Of a stretch of 64,000 bases of DNA, positions 20,107-29,516 are shown piece after piece; the stretch's first letter is position 1; each line of letters starts with the position of its first letter. The stretch lies in the NCBI GenBank assembly GCA_963845145.1, contig CAWJQU010000005.1, forward strand, positions 1,024,001 through 1,088,000, written 5' to 3'. Under the pieces are notes generated by a model. It saw only the letters and a program-made list of their open reading frames with translations, was not told where the DNA came from and did not search any database. The stretch comes from an uncultured delta proteobacterium (GTDB lineage: Bacteria; Desulfobacterota; Desulfobacteria; Desulfobacterales; QNYZ01). The position numbers and the translations under genes were made by a program.

Positions 20107-20272
20107 GGGCTCGCGCAAAAATAATTTCACATTTTAAGCGCCGATGCATCCTGATGCATCCCGCCTGGCGATGTTGCGAAAGCTCGGAATATCTCGATAT
20201 TCCTGCACTTTCACGCCTTGCCAGGCGGGCGCCTCAACACCTAAAACTGTCAACTAATTTTTACACGAACCC
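20107..20272. repeat. About 165-bp long imperfect palindrome (REP/MITE-like)
   Basis: Outer arms gggctcgcgcaaaaataattt / aatttttacacgaaccc; inner cccgcctggcga / ttgccaggcggg; apex ggaatatc-tc-gatattcc. Confidence 0.75.
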
Positions 20273-20273
20273 T

Positions 20274-21044
20274 TTATTTTGTGTAGAATTCTTCCAGGCG
20301 TTTTTTAGTCTCGCTGAAATCACCCAAGTTAGAATAGGCATTAATCGTCTCGATGCGAAGGGCGTCCTCCAGCGTGCGTCCGGTAATATCTAAGATTGTC
20401 TCCTTGGCAGATCGAATGGCCGATTGGCTATTTTTCATAATCATGGAAGCGTATTGTTCGGCCGTCTCCATGAGTTGGTCATGGGGAACGACCTGGTTGA
20501 CCAATCGAAGCCGATATGCCTCTTCGGCCGATATCTCCCGGCCGGTGAGCGATAGATCCAAAGCGGTACCGATTCCGGCGATTGCAATCAGCCTGACGAT
20601 TCCGCCATCCCCCTGATGGATTCCATAGCGAACTTCGAACACCCCAAATTTGGCATTATCGGAAGCGATTCGGATGTCACACGCCAGGGCAAGTTCGAAA
20701 CCACCGCCTATCGCATACCCATTTATGGCCGCGATGATGGGCTTGGTGATGCGATGCTGTCCCCGTGTGATGCCGCCCCCGATTCCGGTGGAAACATTAT
20801 CGCGAACATCGCGCATGTTCGCGCCTTCCCATTTTGGAATAAACGTCTTTAAATCGGCCCCGGCACAAAAAGCTTTACCGGCACCTGTCACAATGGCCAC
20901 ATCCAGGGCGTCGTCCTGGGAGAAATCTTCCCAGACGGACCATAGTTCATCGTTGATCTGGCCATCTAAAGCATTGAGATCACCCGGGCGGTTTAGGGTA
21001 ATGTAGCCAATCCTGTTACGCTTTTCATACAGCACGTTTTCCAT
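20274..21044 (-). CDS. Enoyl-CoA hydratase/isomerase
   Basis: AFCAGADL, GYAIGGGFELALACD crotonase motifs. Confidence 0.9.
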   Translation of the reverse strand: MENVLYEKRNRIGYITLNRPGDLNALDGQINDELWSVWEDFSQDDALDVAIVTGAGKAFCAGADLKTFIPKWEGANMRDVRDNVSTGIGGGITRGQHRITKPIIAAINGYAIGGGFELALACDIRIASDNAKFGVFEVRYGIHQGDGGIVRLIAIAGIGTALDLSLTGREISAEEAYRLRLVNQVVPHDQLMETAEQYASMIMKNSQSAIRSAKETILDITGRTLEDALRIETINAYSNLGDFSETKKRLEEFYTK

Positions 21045-21224
21045 TTTTATCTCCTTTCCTACAGGGTTTCGGGTGCCAGTATAAGGGTTGCACGATCATC
21101 TTGTAAGTGGCATATACGACAATAAATATGGCGATAACGCCAAACAGGTTTCTGGGTACTGATTTCATGTCTGATGATTGTTACAGATCGTCTTTGAAAT
21201 CGGCACCCCCCAGTGGAGGGGTTC

Positions 21225-22283
21225 ATGAAAAAAGTAACGATCCTGGCTTTTCAAAATGCCATGGCCACCACAATCATCGGCCCGATGGATATCCTGAACC
21301 AGGCCGGCCGGCTTTGGCAAAGTATCCATGATGAAAGCCCAACCCCCTTTTTCGAGGTGACCCTTGCCACTGCGGACGGACTGCCGGTAAAATGTGATAA
21401 TAACATTTTTATACAACCCCACTGTGCCATCAACACCATTGAAAAAACCGATTTGATCCTGATCGCAGCCGTCGCCAATATCGGGAAAACCGTTAAATAT
21501 TGCCCGGAAGTGATCCCCTGGATAAGAGGGCAATTTGAATGCGGGACGCATGTCGCCAGTATTTGCACCGGGGCCTTTTTGTTGGCGAAAACGGGTTTGC
21601 TAGACGGCAAATCAGCGACACTTCATTGGGGTTTTGCCAAATCGTTTCGGCGTATGTTCCCAACCATCGATTTGAAGTTGGAACGCATCCTTATCGACCA
21701 TGGTAAAATCTACTGTTCGGCCGGGACAAATGCCGGTTTAGACCTAGCTTTGTATCTAGTGGAAAAATTCTGCGGCCGACAGGTGGCCGTCCAGTGCGCC
21801 AAGGCCATGGTCTTTAATATGGGGCGCAATTTACAAACGCCCTATGCCGATTTTCTTTTTTCTAAAGACCATGGTGACGAGGATATTCTGGCCATACAAA
21901 AATGGTTGGAGGAAAACCACGCGCATCCCATGGAATATGATCGTCTGGCCCGGAATAACGGAATGAGCCGGCGATCTTTGGAGCGTCGTTTCAAACGGGC
22001 CACGGGTGTTACGCCTTTGGCGTATCTCCAACAATTACGGATAGAGTCAGCCAAACGTCTCATCGAATCCGGTACCTATTCTTTAAACGAGGTCGCTTAT
22101 GCCGTGGGGTATGAAGATTTATCCTTTTTTAGAAAACTGTTTGTACGATTAGCAGGCATTCCGCCCAAAGAATATTGGCAACGGTTTATAGGGTATCCTA
22201 TTAACCGGATTGACCAGATTGGCCGGATTGATCGGATCGATCGGAAAAATATGAAGACGGACGCACTTGAACGGCCAGCCTAA
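21225..22283 (+). CDS. GlxA-family regulator (DJ-1/PfpI domain plus AraC HTH)
   Basis: ASICTGAFLLA, ATLHW, MSRRSLERRFK, VGYEDLSFFRKLF. Confidence 0.9.
   Translation: MKKVTILAFQNAMATTIIGPMDILNQAGRLWQSIHDESPTPFFEVTLATADGLPVKCDNNIFIQPHCAINTIEKTDLILIAAVANIGKTVKYCPEVIPWIRGQFECGTHVASICTGAFLLAKTGLLDGKSATLHWGFAKSFRRMFPTIDLKLERILIDHGKIYCSAGTNAGLDLALYLVEKFCGRQVAVQCAKAMVFNMGRNLQTPYADFLFSKDHGDEDILAIQKWLEENHAHPMEYDRLARNNGMSRRSLERRFKRATGVTPLAYLQQLRIESAKRLIESGTYSLNEVAYAVGYEDLSFFRKLFVRLAGIPPKEYWQRFIGYPINRIDQIGRIDRIDRKNMKTDALERPA
22203..22247 (+). repeat. 9-bp degenerate tandem repeat extending the regulator C-terminus
   Basis: aaccggatt-gaccagatt-ggccggatt-gatcggatc-gatcggaaa (NRI-DQI-GRI-DRI-DRK). Confidence 0.65.
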
Positions 22284-22568
22284 GCCGGCTTATAACCTTG
22301 ACGTTCAGCATCCCGGAACACGGTGCAAATCCGTATCGGTCCCGCCGCCTGCCTTTACCTGGGATATGTCTCTCACTTTTACAAGGAGCCGGAATTAGCA
22401 ATGGTCGGCTGGCTTCCGATGTTGGACCTAAATGATTTGATTTAGCATGACCAATGGAATAATCGGGATGGAGCTTAGCTATAGAAAGTGATAGACGGTG
22501 AAAAACGGATAATACCGTGATCATAAACAGCGGATTTTTTTAAGGACCATGATTTTAAGGACCAGGAG

Positions 22569-22826
22569 ATGACGATTATAAAGGCGTCAACGCGTTGGTA
22601 TATCAATGTTGTTTCGTTTGTCCTTTTTATTGTGTTAAGCGTAACGGGTTCTCTCAATTGGCTCGTGTTGCCTCGCGGTTTTGAAGCCCGGAATCATTTT
22701 TTGGTTTCGGTGAGACATTTTTTAATAGCGATACATGAATGGACAGGGCTTTTATTTATCGGTATGATCATTCTGCATCTTTTTTTGCACTGGGGATATA
22801 TTAAGTCCCAATTTAGAATGAAATAA
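22569..22826 (+). CDS. Small two-TM protein, DUF4405-like
   Basis: IHEWTGLLF...ILHLFLHW His-containing helices; GGAG RBS. Confidence 0.7.
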   Translation: MTIIKASTRWYINVVSFVLFIVLSVTGSLNWLVLPRGFEARNHFLVSVRHFLIAIHEWTGLLFIGMIILHLFLHWGYIKSQFRMK

Positions 22827-22843
22827 TTGGGAGTCATCTGCCG

Positions 22844-23740
22844 TTGACGAAAATAAAATCAATAGGAAATGCTAAGTCGATCACCGTCGTCGGGTTGTTC
22901 GTCAACATCCTTCTGGTCGCTGTGAAGTATACGGCCGGCGTGATCGGCCATAGCCAAGCATTAATCGCTGATGCCGTGCATTCGGTGTCCGATCTGTTTA
23001 GCGATGTGGTGGTACTGATCGGGCTTCGGGGGGGGCGCAAGCCGCCGGATGATCAGCATCCTTTCGGGCACGGGCGTATTGAAACCTTGTCCGCGGCCAC
23101 CGTGGGCCTGATTCTCATCGCCACGGCCTTGTATCTGGGGATAGAGGCGGCTCGCAACATCTATTATCAAAACGAGTACCACCCGACGATGTTGGCATTG
23201 GCCGGCGCCGGGTTGTCCATAGCCTTAAAAGAGACGCTTTACCATTATACTTTGCGGGCCGGGCGGCGTATTAACAGCCAGCTTATCGTGGCCAATGCCT
23301 GGCATCACCGGTCGGACGCCCTCTCTTCCGTGGCTGTTTTCGTAGGGGTGGCGTGTGCCCGCATTAAGCCGGAATGGCATATGATGGACGCGTTTGCGGC
23401 CCTGTTGGTGTCGTTTTTTATCGTTAAAGTCGGCCTGGAAATTCTAAGCAAAACCTTTCAAGAACTGACCGACGCCGCCCCTAAGCCTAAAATATTAAAC
23501 CAAATAAAACGGTGTGCGTTGGGCGTGGACGGGACGCTGGATGTGCATGATCTCAGGGTGCGAACATCAGGGGGGCGGTATCAAATTGAAATTCATGTGG
23601 TCGTCGATGCCCTGTGGACAGTGGCCGAGGGGCATCGTGTGGCCAAAGAAGTCGAAACATGCCTCCTTGGCGATATTGACGATTTAGACAAGGTGATTGT
23701 CCATATTGATCCTGAGGAAGATCAAAAAGAAATAACGTGA
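22844..23740 (+). CDS. Cation diffusion facilitator (FieF-like) transporter
   Basis: ADAVHSVSD, HPFGHGRIE, HHRSD, VHIDP. Confidence 0.9.
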   Translation: MTKIKSIGNAKSITVVGLFVNILLVAVKYTAGVIGHSQALIADAVHSVSDLFSDVVVLIGLRGGRKPPDDQHPFGHGRIETLSAATVGLILIATALYLGIEAARNIYYQNEYHPTMLALAGAGLSIALKETLYHYTLRAGRRINSQLIVANAWHHRSDALSSVAVFVGVACARIKPEWHMMDAFAALLVSFFIVKVGLEILSKTFQELTDAAPKPKILNQIKRCALGVDGTLDVHDLRVRTSGGRYQIEIHVVVDALWTVAEGHRVAKEVETCLLGDIDDLDKVIVHIDPEEDQKEIT

Positions 23741-23747
23741 TGTAAAT

Positions 23748-24155
23748 ATGAGAGTATTATTTTGGTATTGTGACCAATTTGGATGGAATCCGTCTATGAA
23801 AACTTTGGCGGATGCACCCGATGCTGTTGCAGATTCTCATGGAAATGCCGTGGTGGCATTTATTCACGTGGAACCTGAAGATGCAGAAGAGGCCAGCTCG
23901 GCCGAAACCAAATTGGTTAAAAATGCCAAATGGCTGGCCCGAAAGTGGGTGACTAAAGATATTGTTCTGCACTCATTTACCCATCTGGGCGAACACAAAG
24001 CCGACCCCGAAATTGCAAAAGCTTTGTTCGACAGGGCCCAAAACCGGCTGGAAGCAGCCGGTTATCGAGCTGTCCAAACCCCGTACGGTTACTTCAACGA
24101 TCTGACCATTCAAGCCCAGGGCCATCCCCTGGCTCGAATTTATAAAGCTTTTTAA
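23748..24155 (+). CDS. Stand-alone archaeal-type threonyl-tRNA synthetase editing domain protein
   Basis: VVAFIHVE, HSFTHL, TPYGYF, GHPLARI parallel the archaeal ThrRS N-terminal editing domain (VAFISVE, YPFAHL, APFGYY, GHPLAEL). Confidence 0.8.
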   Translation: MRVLFWYCDQFGWNPSMKTLADAPDAVADSHGNAVVAFIHVEPEDAEEASSAETKLVKNAKWLARKWVTKDIVLHSFTHLGEHKADPEIAKALFDRAQNRLEAAGYRAVQTPYGYFNDLTIQAQGHPLARIYKAF

Positions 24156-24351
24156 TTTTCATTCGGTTTAACCGCTTCATAGTGTTGCAGTATTAAAAAA
24201 GTAATCAGCACCCAATTGGGATAGGGTTCGAGTCAAAGGGTTAAGTGATGGTTTTGAACCCATGATACCACATCAAGTGTCGAAAGATGAGGGTCGCTTA
24301 ACATTTTCGCCTTCCAAGATAAACTTAGCTTAAGAATTCAGGGGAAAAGCC

Positions 24352-24996
24352 ATGGTACGTAATGTTCATTTGATTCTCACCATTTTTATTTGTTTGGCTA
24401 TACTTTTTTTTACAACATTTTCCTACGCTGAAGAAGAAATCGAAGATTTAATTGATATTGTAGAATCTGAAAACAAAATTATCGCGATTATCAAAGGGAT
24501 TAAGAAAAATTCCTTTGACCTTCGGGCTAATGAGAAGGTGCTTTGGAGTGGCTCACGAGGTTATTTAGGTGCATTTTTAACGAATCTAAATTTTTTCGTT
24601 ATATCCACAACATCAAATTCTTGGCGAGCCTTGCCTTTGAAGAAAAGTGAATTTGAACAGCGAGCTGCTTCAATATCGTCGTATATTGCTTTATTGGTAA
24701 CCAACGATCGGATTATCAGTTTTAATGCCAAGTCCAATCGATTTATTGAAACTCGGCTTCCAATTCATGATGAGTTACTCGAAGCGGAGGCGGGAAAATA
24801 TGTTGCTGTGGTGATAACATCCAGCCGGGTATTTGGATTGACATTAGGAACGTCAACATTTAATGAAATACGCCTCCGCAATAAAGAAACCTTTGAATCG
24901 ATAAATATAACTGAAAGTAAGGCAGTTGTTCGCACTTCGGATCGTTTACTGACTTTTGAAGCCAAGGGTTCTACCTGGAGAGAACACAGACTTTAA
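24352..24996 (+). CDS. Secreted hypothetical protein with about four internal ~39-aa beta-rich repeats
   Basis: Signal peptide ending SYA; repeats AFLTNLNFFVI / ALLVTNDRIISF / AVVITSSRVFGL / AVVRTSDRLLTF. Confidence 0.7.
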   Translation: MVRNVHLILTIFICLAILFFTTFSYAEEEIEDLIDIVESENKIIAIIKGIKKNSFDLRANEKVLWSGSRGYLGAFLTNLNFFVISTTSNSWRALPLKKSEFEQRAASISSYIALLVTNDRIISFNAKSNRFIETRLPIHDELLEAEAGKYVAVVITSSRVFGLTLGTSTFNEIRLRNKETFESINITESKAVVRTSDRLLTFEAKGSTWREHRL

Positions 24997-25212
24997 TAGT
25001 TTTTTAGCAGGTACAATTAATAAGCACTCGCATATTGGAATTCTGTTTTAACTAATAGATCACCATCTGAAACGCAATGGTTCAAGACCCTGATAACTCC
25101 AGCAATCATGTAAATATCAAGGTCATGAAAAACCACCGATGTGCGAAAATAATATATCTGTGTTTCGGTACACCGAACGCTCTGACTTAAGTTCGGATAT
25201 TATAGGAATAAT

Positions 25213-25542
25213 ATGAAGGCCAGGCAAAAACTCAGAAAAGGAATTATACTATTTTCATTTTTTCTATTTTCTGCAACTTTCTATTATCTGTCACCGGTAG
25301 TAATCATTCAATCTACTATAGCTGGTATTATAAATGGTAGCTTTATTATTTTCTTGCTTATGTTTGTAAGCTCTCTTGTTCTTGGCAGGGCATACTGTGG
25401 ATGGGTTTGTCCTGGTGCAGGATGTCAGGAGGCAATCTTTTCAGCAAGAAATAATAAAGTAACAAAGGGCGATTATGTTAAATGGATAATTTGGGTTCCG
25501 TGGATCTGTGCTATTGTTCTTTATATAAGCAGAAGGAGATAA
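25213..25542 (+). pseudogene. 3'-truncated membrane 4Fe-4S-binding (NapH/MauN-like) protein
   Basis: GRAYCGWVCPG motif, but the ORF ends after 109 aa without the ferredoxin domain. Confidence 0.65.
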
Positions 25543-25544
25543 AA

Positions 25545-26357
25545 ATGGAAGTTAAACAGGTAAAACTAATCTATTTTTCAGCTACGGGAACCACTCAAAA
25601 AGTATTGGAAGGTATTGCTAGAGGCATCTCTGTTAAAGATGTCGAGCATATCAATTTGACACTTCCGGAAGGAGCTCAACAAACAGTTTCACCCTTTTCA
25701 GGTGAACTTGTAATTATCGGCGCACCTGTTTACGGTGGTCGTCTGCCGGTTGATGCAATCAATCGATTCAAACAGCTAAAAGCAAACAAAACCTTAGCGA
25801 TTCTTATCGTTGTATATGGGAACCGGGAGTTTGAAGATGCATTGTTAGAATTTAAAAACCTTGCAATTGAGTTAGGCTTTAATCCGATTGCCGGTGGTGC
25901 ATTCATCGGAGAACACTCTTTTGCGACAAAGGATGTGCCCATCGCAAATGGACGTCCGGATAGTTTGGATATTCAAAAAGCAATGGATTTTGGGACAAAA
26001 ATTAAAGATAAAGTCACAGCCTTACAATCACCTGATGTCCAAATGGATTTGAAAATTCCCGGTAGATTTCCATATGAAGCCGGCGGGGCGCGATCTATGG
26101 CTGTTTCCCCAGTGACCAAAGAAGAAATATGCACAGTTTGTGGTACGTGTGCCGGTGTATGTCCAACTGCAGCCATTTCAATTAATGGGAGCGTGGCAAC
26201 TAAAATTAAGCTATGCATTCGCTGTTGTGCTTGTATTAAAAACTGTCCCGAAGGTGCAAGGGTTATGGAAAATAGCGGCTGGAAAAAGATTGCACTCTGG
26301 TTAAATGAAAATTGCAGTACTCGGAAAGAACCTCAAATTTTTGGGATAGACATGTAG
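25545..26357 (+). CDS. Flavodoxin-like plus 2x[4Fe-4S] ferredoxin protein (EFR1 family)
   Basis: YFSATGTT, VYGNREFEDAL, CTVCGTCAGVCP, CIRCCACIKNCP. Confidence 0.88.
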   Translation: MEVKQVKLIYFSATGTTQKVLEGIARGISVKDVEHINLTLPEGAQQTVSPFSGELVIIGAPVYGGRLPVDAINRFKQLKANKTLAILIVVYGNREFEDALLEFKNLAIELGFNPIAGGAFIGEHSFATKDVPIANGRPDSLDIQKAMDFGTKIKDKVTALQSPDVQMDLKIPGRFPYEAGGARSMAVSPVTKEEICTVCGTCAGVCPTAAISINGSVATKIKLCIRCCACIKNCPEGARVMENSGWKKIALWLNENCSTRKEPQIFGIDM

Positions 26358-26366
26358 AGTTCAATT

Positions 26367-26425
26367 ATGTTGAAAATTTATACTCGAAGTGGAGACCAGG
26401 GAAAAACAAGCCGACTTGATAATAT
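26367..26425 (+). pseudogene. N-terminal stub of a PduO-type cob(I)alamin adenosyltransferase
   Basis: Translates MLKIYTRSGDQGKTSRL, matching the PduO KIYT(K/R)TGDxGxT ATP-binding motif, then breaks off. Confidence 0.6.
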
Positions 26426-26457
26426 TAATGTTCTGTGTAATCCGATAAGGAGAGAGA

Positions 26458-27297
26458 ATGTTCGAAACGTTAGAGAGGATTAACGAACGGCCTGAACCGT
26501 TCCAATTTTACACCGCCAGCGATTTATGGACGGATGAGCATACGTCCGCCCAGATGCTTTCGTGTCACCTCAATGATGACATAGATCTTTCGTCTCGAAA
26601 TACGCGGTTTATCAATCAATCTGTGGAATGGATCGCTTCCCGCTTCAACGTCGGGGCGGGAACGAAGATTGCCGACTTCGGTTGCGGACCAGGGTTGTAT
26701 GCCACAAGGCTGGCTAAAAGGAAAGCAGATGTAACCGGGATAGACTTCTCAAAAAGATCGATTCAGTACGCACAGGAAGTCGCAATAAGAGATGGGCTGT
26801 CTATCCACTATGTAAGTAAGAATTACCTGGATTTTGAAACGGATGACCGCTTCCATCTCATCCTGATGATCATGTGCGACTTCTGCGCCCTCAGTCCCCT
26901 CCAGAGAAAACAGATGCTGAGCAAGTTTTACACAATCCTGGAGCCGGGCGGTTCGGTTCTGCTCGATGTATACTCACTGACTGCCTTCGACCAGCGTGAA
27001 GAGGCAGCAACTTATGAAACAAATCTTCTTAATGGTTTCTGGTCGCCGAAAAAATATTATGGTTTTTTGAATACGATCAAATATGAGGAAGAAAAGGTAG
27101 TCCTTGACAAATATACGCTCATCGAAGCATCACGCACACGAACCGTCTATAACTGGCTACAATATTACAGTCCCGAAGCACTTGAGAGAGAGTTTGTGGA
27201 GGTCGGGTTTGACATTGATAAGTTTTATTCGGATGTGACGGGCTCACAGTTCGGCCCGGATACCACAGAATTAGCCCTTGTCGCCAAGAAGCTATAA
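26458..27297 (+). CDS. Class I SAM-dependent methyltransferase
   Basis: IADFGCGPG motif I, VTGIDFS, LEPGG. Confidence 0.88.
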   Translation: MFETLERINERPEPFQFYTASDLWTDEHTSAQMLSCHLNDDIDLSSRNTRFINQSVEWIASRFNVGAGTKIADFGCGPGLYATRLAKRKADVTGIDFSKRSIQYAQEVAIRDGLSIHYVSKNYLDFETDDRFHLILMIMCDFCALSPLQRKQMLSKFYTILEPGGSVLLDVYSLTAFDQREEAATYETNLLNGFWSPKKYYGFLNTIKYEEEKVVLDKYTLIEASRTRTVYNWLQYYSPEALEREFVEVGFDIDKFYSDVTGSQFGPDTTELALVAKKL

Positions 27298-27385
27298 AAC
27301 AGTCAAAAATAACGTGGTTTGAGCGGCACCGCTCAAACGTTTACCGCTCCGGTGGTCTATGGAAAAATAAAAAAGGAGTCCCCCT

Positions 27386-28288
27386 ATGCAGTTGTTGAGC
27401 GAGTATTTGCGTCTCTCTCCCCAATCCATAGAAAAGCTTATTCTGTCCATCATCATTGCCGTGGTTCTTTCATTGGTCAAACTCCTGTTCAATTTCATCA
27501 TCAAAAACCGTATCTCAAATGTTAAGCGCGCATACTTCTGGCGCCGTGCTGTTTTGTATACCTATACCTTGCTGCTCATTTGTTTGCTCGGGCGGATATG
27601 GATGGAAGGCATCGAGTCGCTGGCAACGTTGTTCGGTCTCGCGAGCGCCGGCATTGCCATTGCCATGCATGACACCATTGCCAATATCGCCGGATGGTTG
27701 TTTATCGTGTCCAGAAAACCGTTTAAGGTGGGCGACCGCATTCAAATCGGTGATACCGCCGGAGACGTCGTTGACTTGAGAGTTTTCCAGTTCAGCATGG
27801 TGGAGATTGGCAACTGGGTCGATGCTGACCAGAGCACGGGTAGAATTGTCCATGTGCCCAACTCGAAGGTGCTCAGAGAGCCTTTAGCAAACTACCATAT
27901 CGGGTTCGAATACATCTGGACCGAAATTCCGGTGTTGATCACCTTTGAAAGCAATTGGCGAGAGGCGAAACGGCTGCTGCATCGTATTGCCAAAGACAAA
28001 GCAGAACATTTGGTGGAAGAAGCGAAGGAGCAAATCAGGAACGCGGCGGACAAATATTATATCTTCTATAACAAGTTAACGCCCATTGTCTATACCACGG
28101 TCAAAGACAGCGGTGTCCTGCTGACCATCCGATACCTTGTCAATCCGCGGAAAAGAAGGGTCATTGAAGAGCAAATATGGGAAGCAACCCTCGATGCATT
28201 TAATCGGCAAAACGATATCGAGTTGGCCTATCCCACAACGCGCTTCTACAACTTGGATCATCCGGCAGATACCCTGCCCGCACCTTAA
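27386..28288 (+). CDS. MscS-family mechanosensitive channel
   Basis: GLASAGIAIAMHDTIAN, PFKVGDRI, VPNS, IELAYPT. Confidence 0.9.
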   Translation: MQLLSEYLRLSPQSIEKLILSIIIAVVLSLVKLLFNFIIKNRISNVKRAYFWRRAVLYTYTLLLICLLGRIWMEGIESLATLFGLASAGIAIAMHDTIANIAGWLFIVSRKPFKVGDRIQIGDTAGDVVDLRVFQFSMVEIGNWVDADQSTGRIVHVPNSKVLREPLANYHIGFEYIWTEIPVLITFESNWREAKRLLHRIAKDKAEHLVEEAKEQIRNAADKYYIFYNKLTPIVYTTVKDSGVLLTIRYLVNPRKRRVIEEQIWEATLDAFNRQNDIELAYPTTRFYNLDHPADTLPAP

Positions 28289-28315
28289 TGTGGCGTTATC
28301 GACTGGTAGAGCTCA

Positions 28316-28365
28316 AACGTATCGGTAAAAATTCCGATTAATTTGGTAACAGGTTTTATCTCAAT
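28316..28365 (+). repeat. 50-bp direct repeat, copy 1
   Basis: aacgtatcggtaaaaattccgattaatttggtaacaggttttatctcaat; 49/50 identical to 45941-45990. Confidence 0.9.
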
Positions 28366-28386
28366 TTATCTCAACCCATAACAAAT

Positions 28387-28911
28387 ATGAACAAAAATCC
28401 AATCATACAACTTGCAGAACCCTACGACGCCTATGCTCTATCTAAACTGGCTGAAAAAACCTTTAGGGGTGCCTTCGCCAAACTGAATGATAGAGAGAAT
28501 TTTGAAAAGTATATTGCTCGTTCATTTACGGAAAATCAGATTCGATCAGAAATTCTTGATAGTGCTTCCACTTTTTTCATAGCCAGTTTGAATGATGAAT
28601 GGGTGGGGTACGCTAAACTAAACCAGGGCATTCCACCAGATTGCGTAAACCAAATCCCATCTATTGAACTTGCCCGACTCTATTCCATGCAAGAATATTT
28701 AGGTTGCGGTATAGGTCCAGCTTTGATGAAGGCTTGTATAAATTATGCCCGTGAAAAAGATTTTAAATCGATCTGGTTAAGCAGCTGGAAGAAAAACAGC
28801 AGAGGAAATGCATTTTACACCAAAATGCGGTTTCAAATTATCGGTAACGCAACTTTTGCTTTGGGATCCGATATCCAAGACGATTATATTTTTTCTAAAT
28901 CGTTAATTTAA
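28387..28911 (+). CDS. GNAT N-acetyltransferase (PaiA-like)
   Basis: VGYAKL, IELARLY, GCGIG, GNAFYTKMRF. Confidence 0.85.
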   Translation: MNKNPIIQLAEPYDAYALSKLAEKTFRGAFAKLNDRENFEKYIARSFTENQIRSEILDSASTFFIASLNDEWVGYAKLNQGIPPDCVNQIPSIELARLYSMQEYLGCGIGPALMKACINYAREKDFKSIWLSSWKKNSRGNAFYTKMRFQIIGNATFALGSDIQDDYIFSKSLI

Positions 28912-29018
28912 TATAAAGAATCCGGTCAATGGGTAGAAAGATAGCCGAAATACCAAAAAAAATACATTTAAAATATCAGCTATAATATTAGAGCGAGACC
29001 TCAGAAAAAAGGGTAGAA

Positions 29019-29516
29019 GTGAAAGCGTTAAAAAGAGTATTTAATGTGTTCGTAGCCGGTGCACTCGGCGGCCTTACGAACAGTATTCTGGTGTGGTCGT
29101 TGGGCGTATTGGGGCTGACGCTAGCTTTGGGCTTTCGCATGGCACCGGAACTGTCCTTTGAGTGGTTGTTCAGGCGAGTTTTCGCCAGTGCGTTATGGGG
29201 GATCATTTTTCTAATCCCTATATATAAAAACGCCCCTGTAAAAAAAGGTGCGGCTCTCAGCATATTGCCATGGCTGTCAAGCGCCCTCTTAGTTTTTCCT
29301 ATGCGAATGGACGTCGGCTTATTTGGTTTGGGGTTCGGTATCGGTACACCCATATGGACTCTTTTCTTCGCGACCGTTTGGGGCATTACCGGAACCCTGT
29401 TTTTATCCAGGTACGCTCCAGGGTCTGTGCCGAACAATGCCCGACTCAATAAAGCGCATCCAAAGTTAAACCAGGCCAGACACAATAAAAGTGATAGAAA
29501 TCAGGAAACAAATTGA
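29019..29516 (+). CDS. Hypothetical membrane protein
   Basis: Four hydrophobic segments, GTG start. Confidence 0.65.
   Translation: MKALKRVFNVFVAGALGGLTNSILVWSLGVLGLTLALGFRMAPELSFEWLFRRVFASALWGIIFLIPIYKNAPVKKGAALSILPWLSSALLVFPMRMDVGLFGLGFGIGTPIWTLFFATVWGITGTLFLSRYAPGSVPNNARLNKAHPKLNQARHNKSDRNQETN

Noticed and set aside
22538..22564. ttttaaggacca direct repeat before the DUF4405-like gene
   Set aside because: Two copies only, overlapping the RBS region; could be a simple local duplication.
28988..29485. Antisense ORFs such as 28988..29485, 43871..44593 and 31500..32219
   Set aside because: They shadow better-supported genes or intron RNA on the opposite strand and carry no recognisable motifs.
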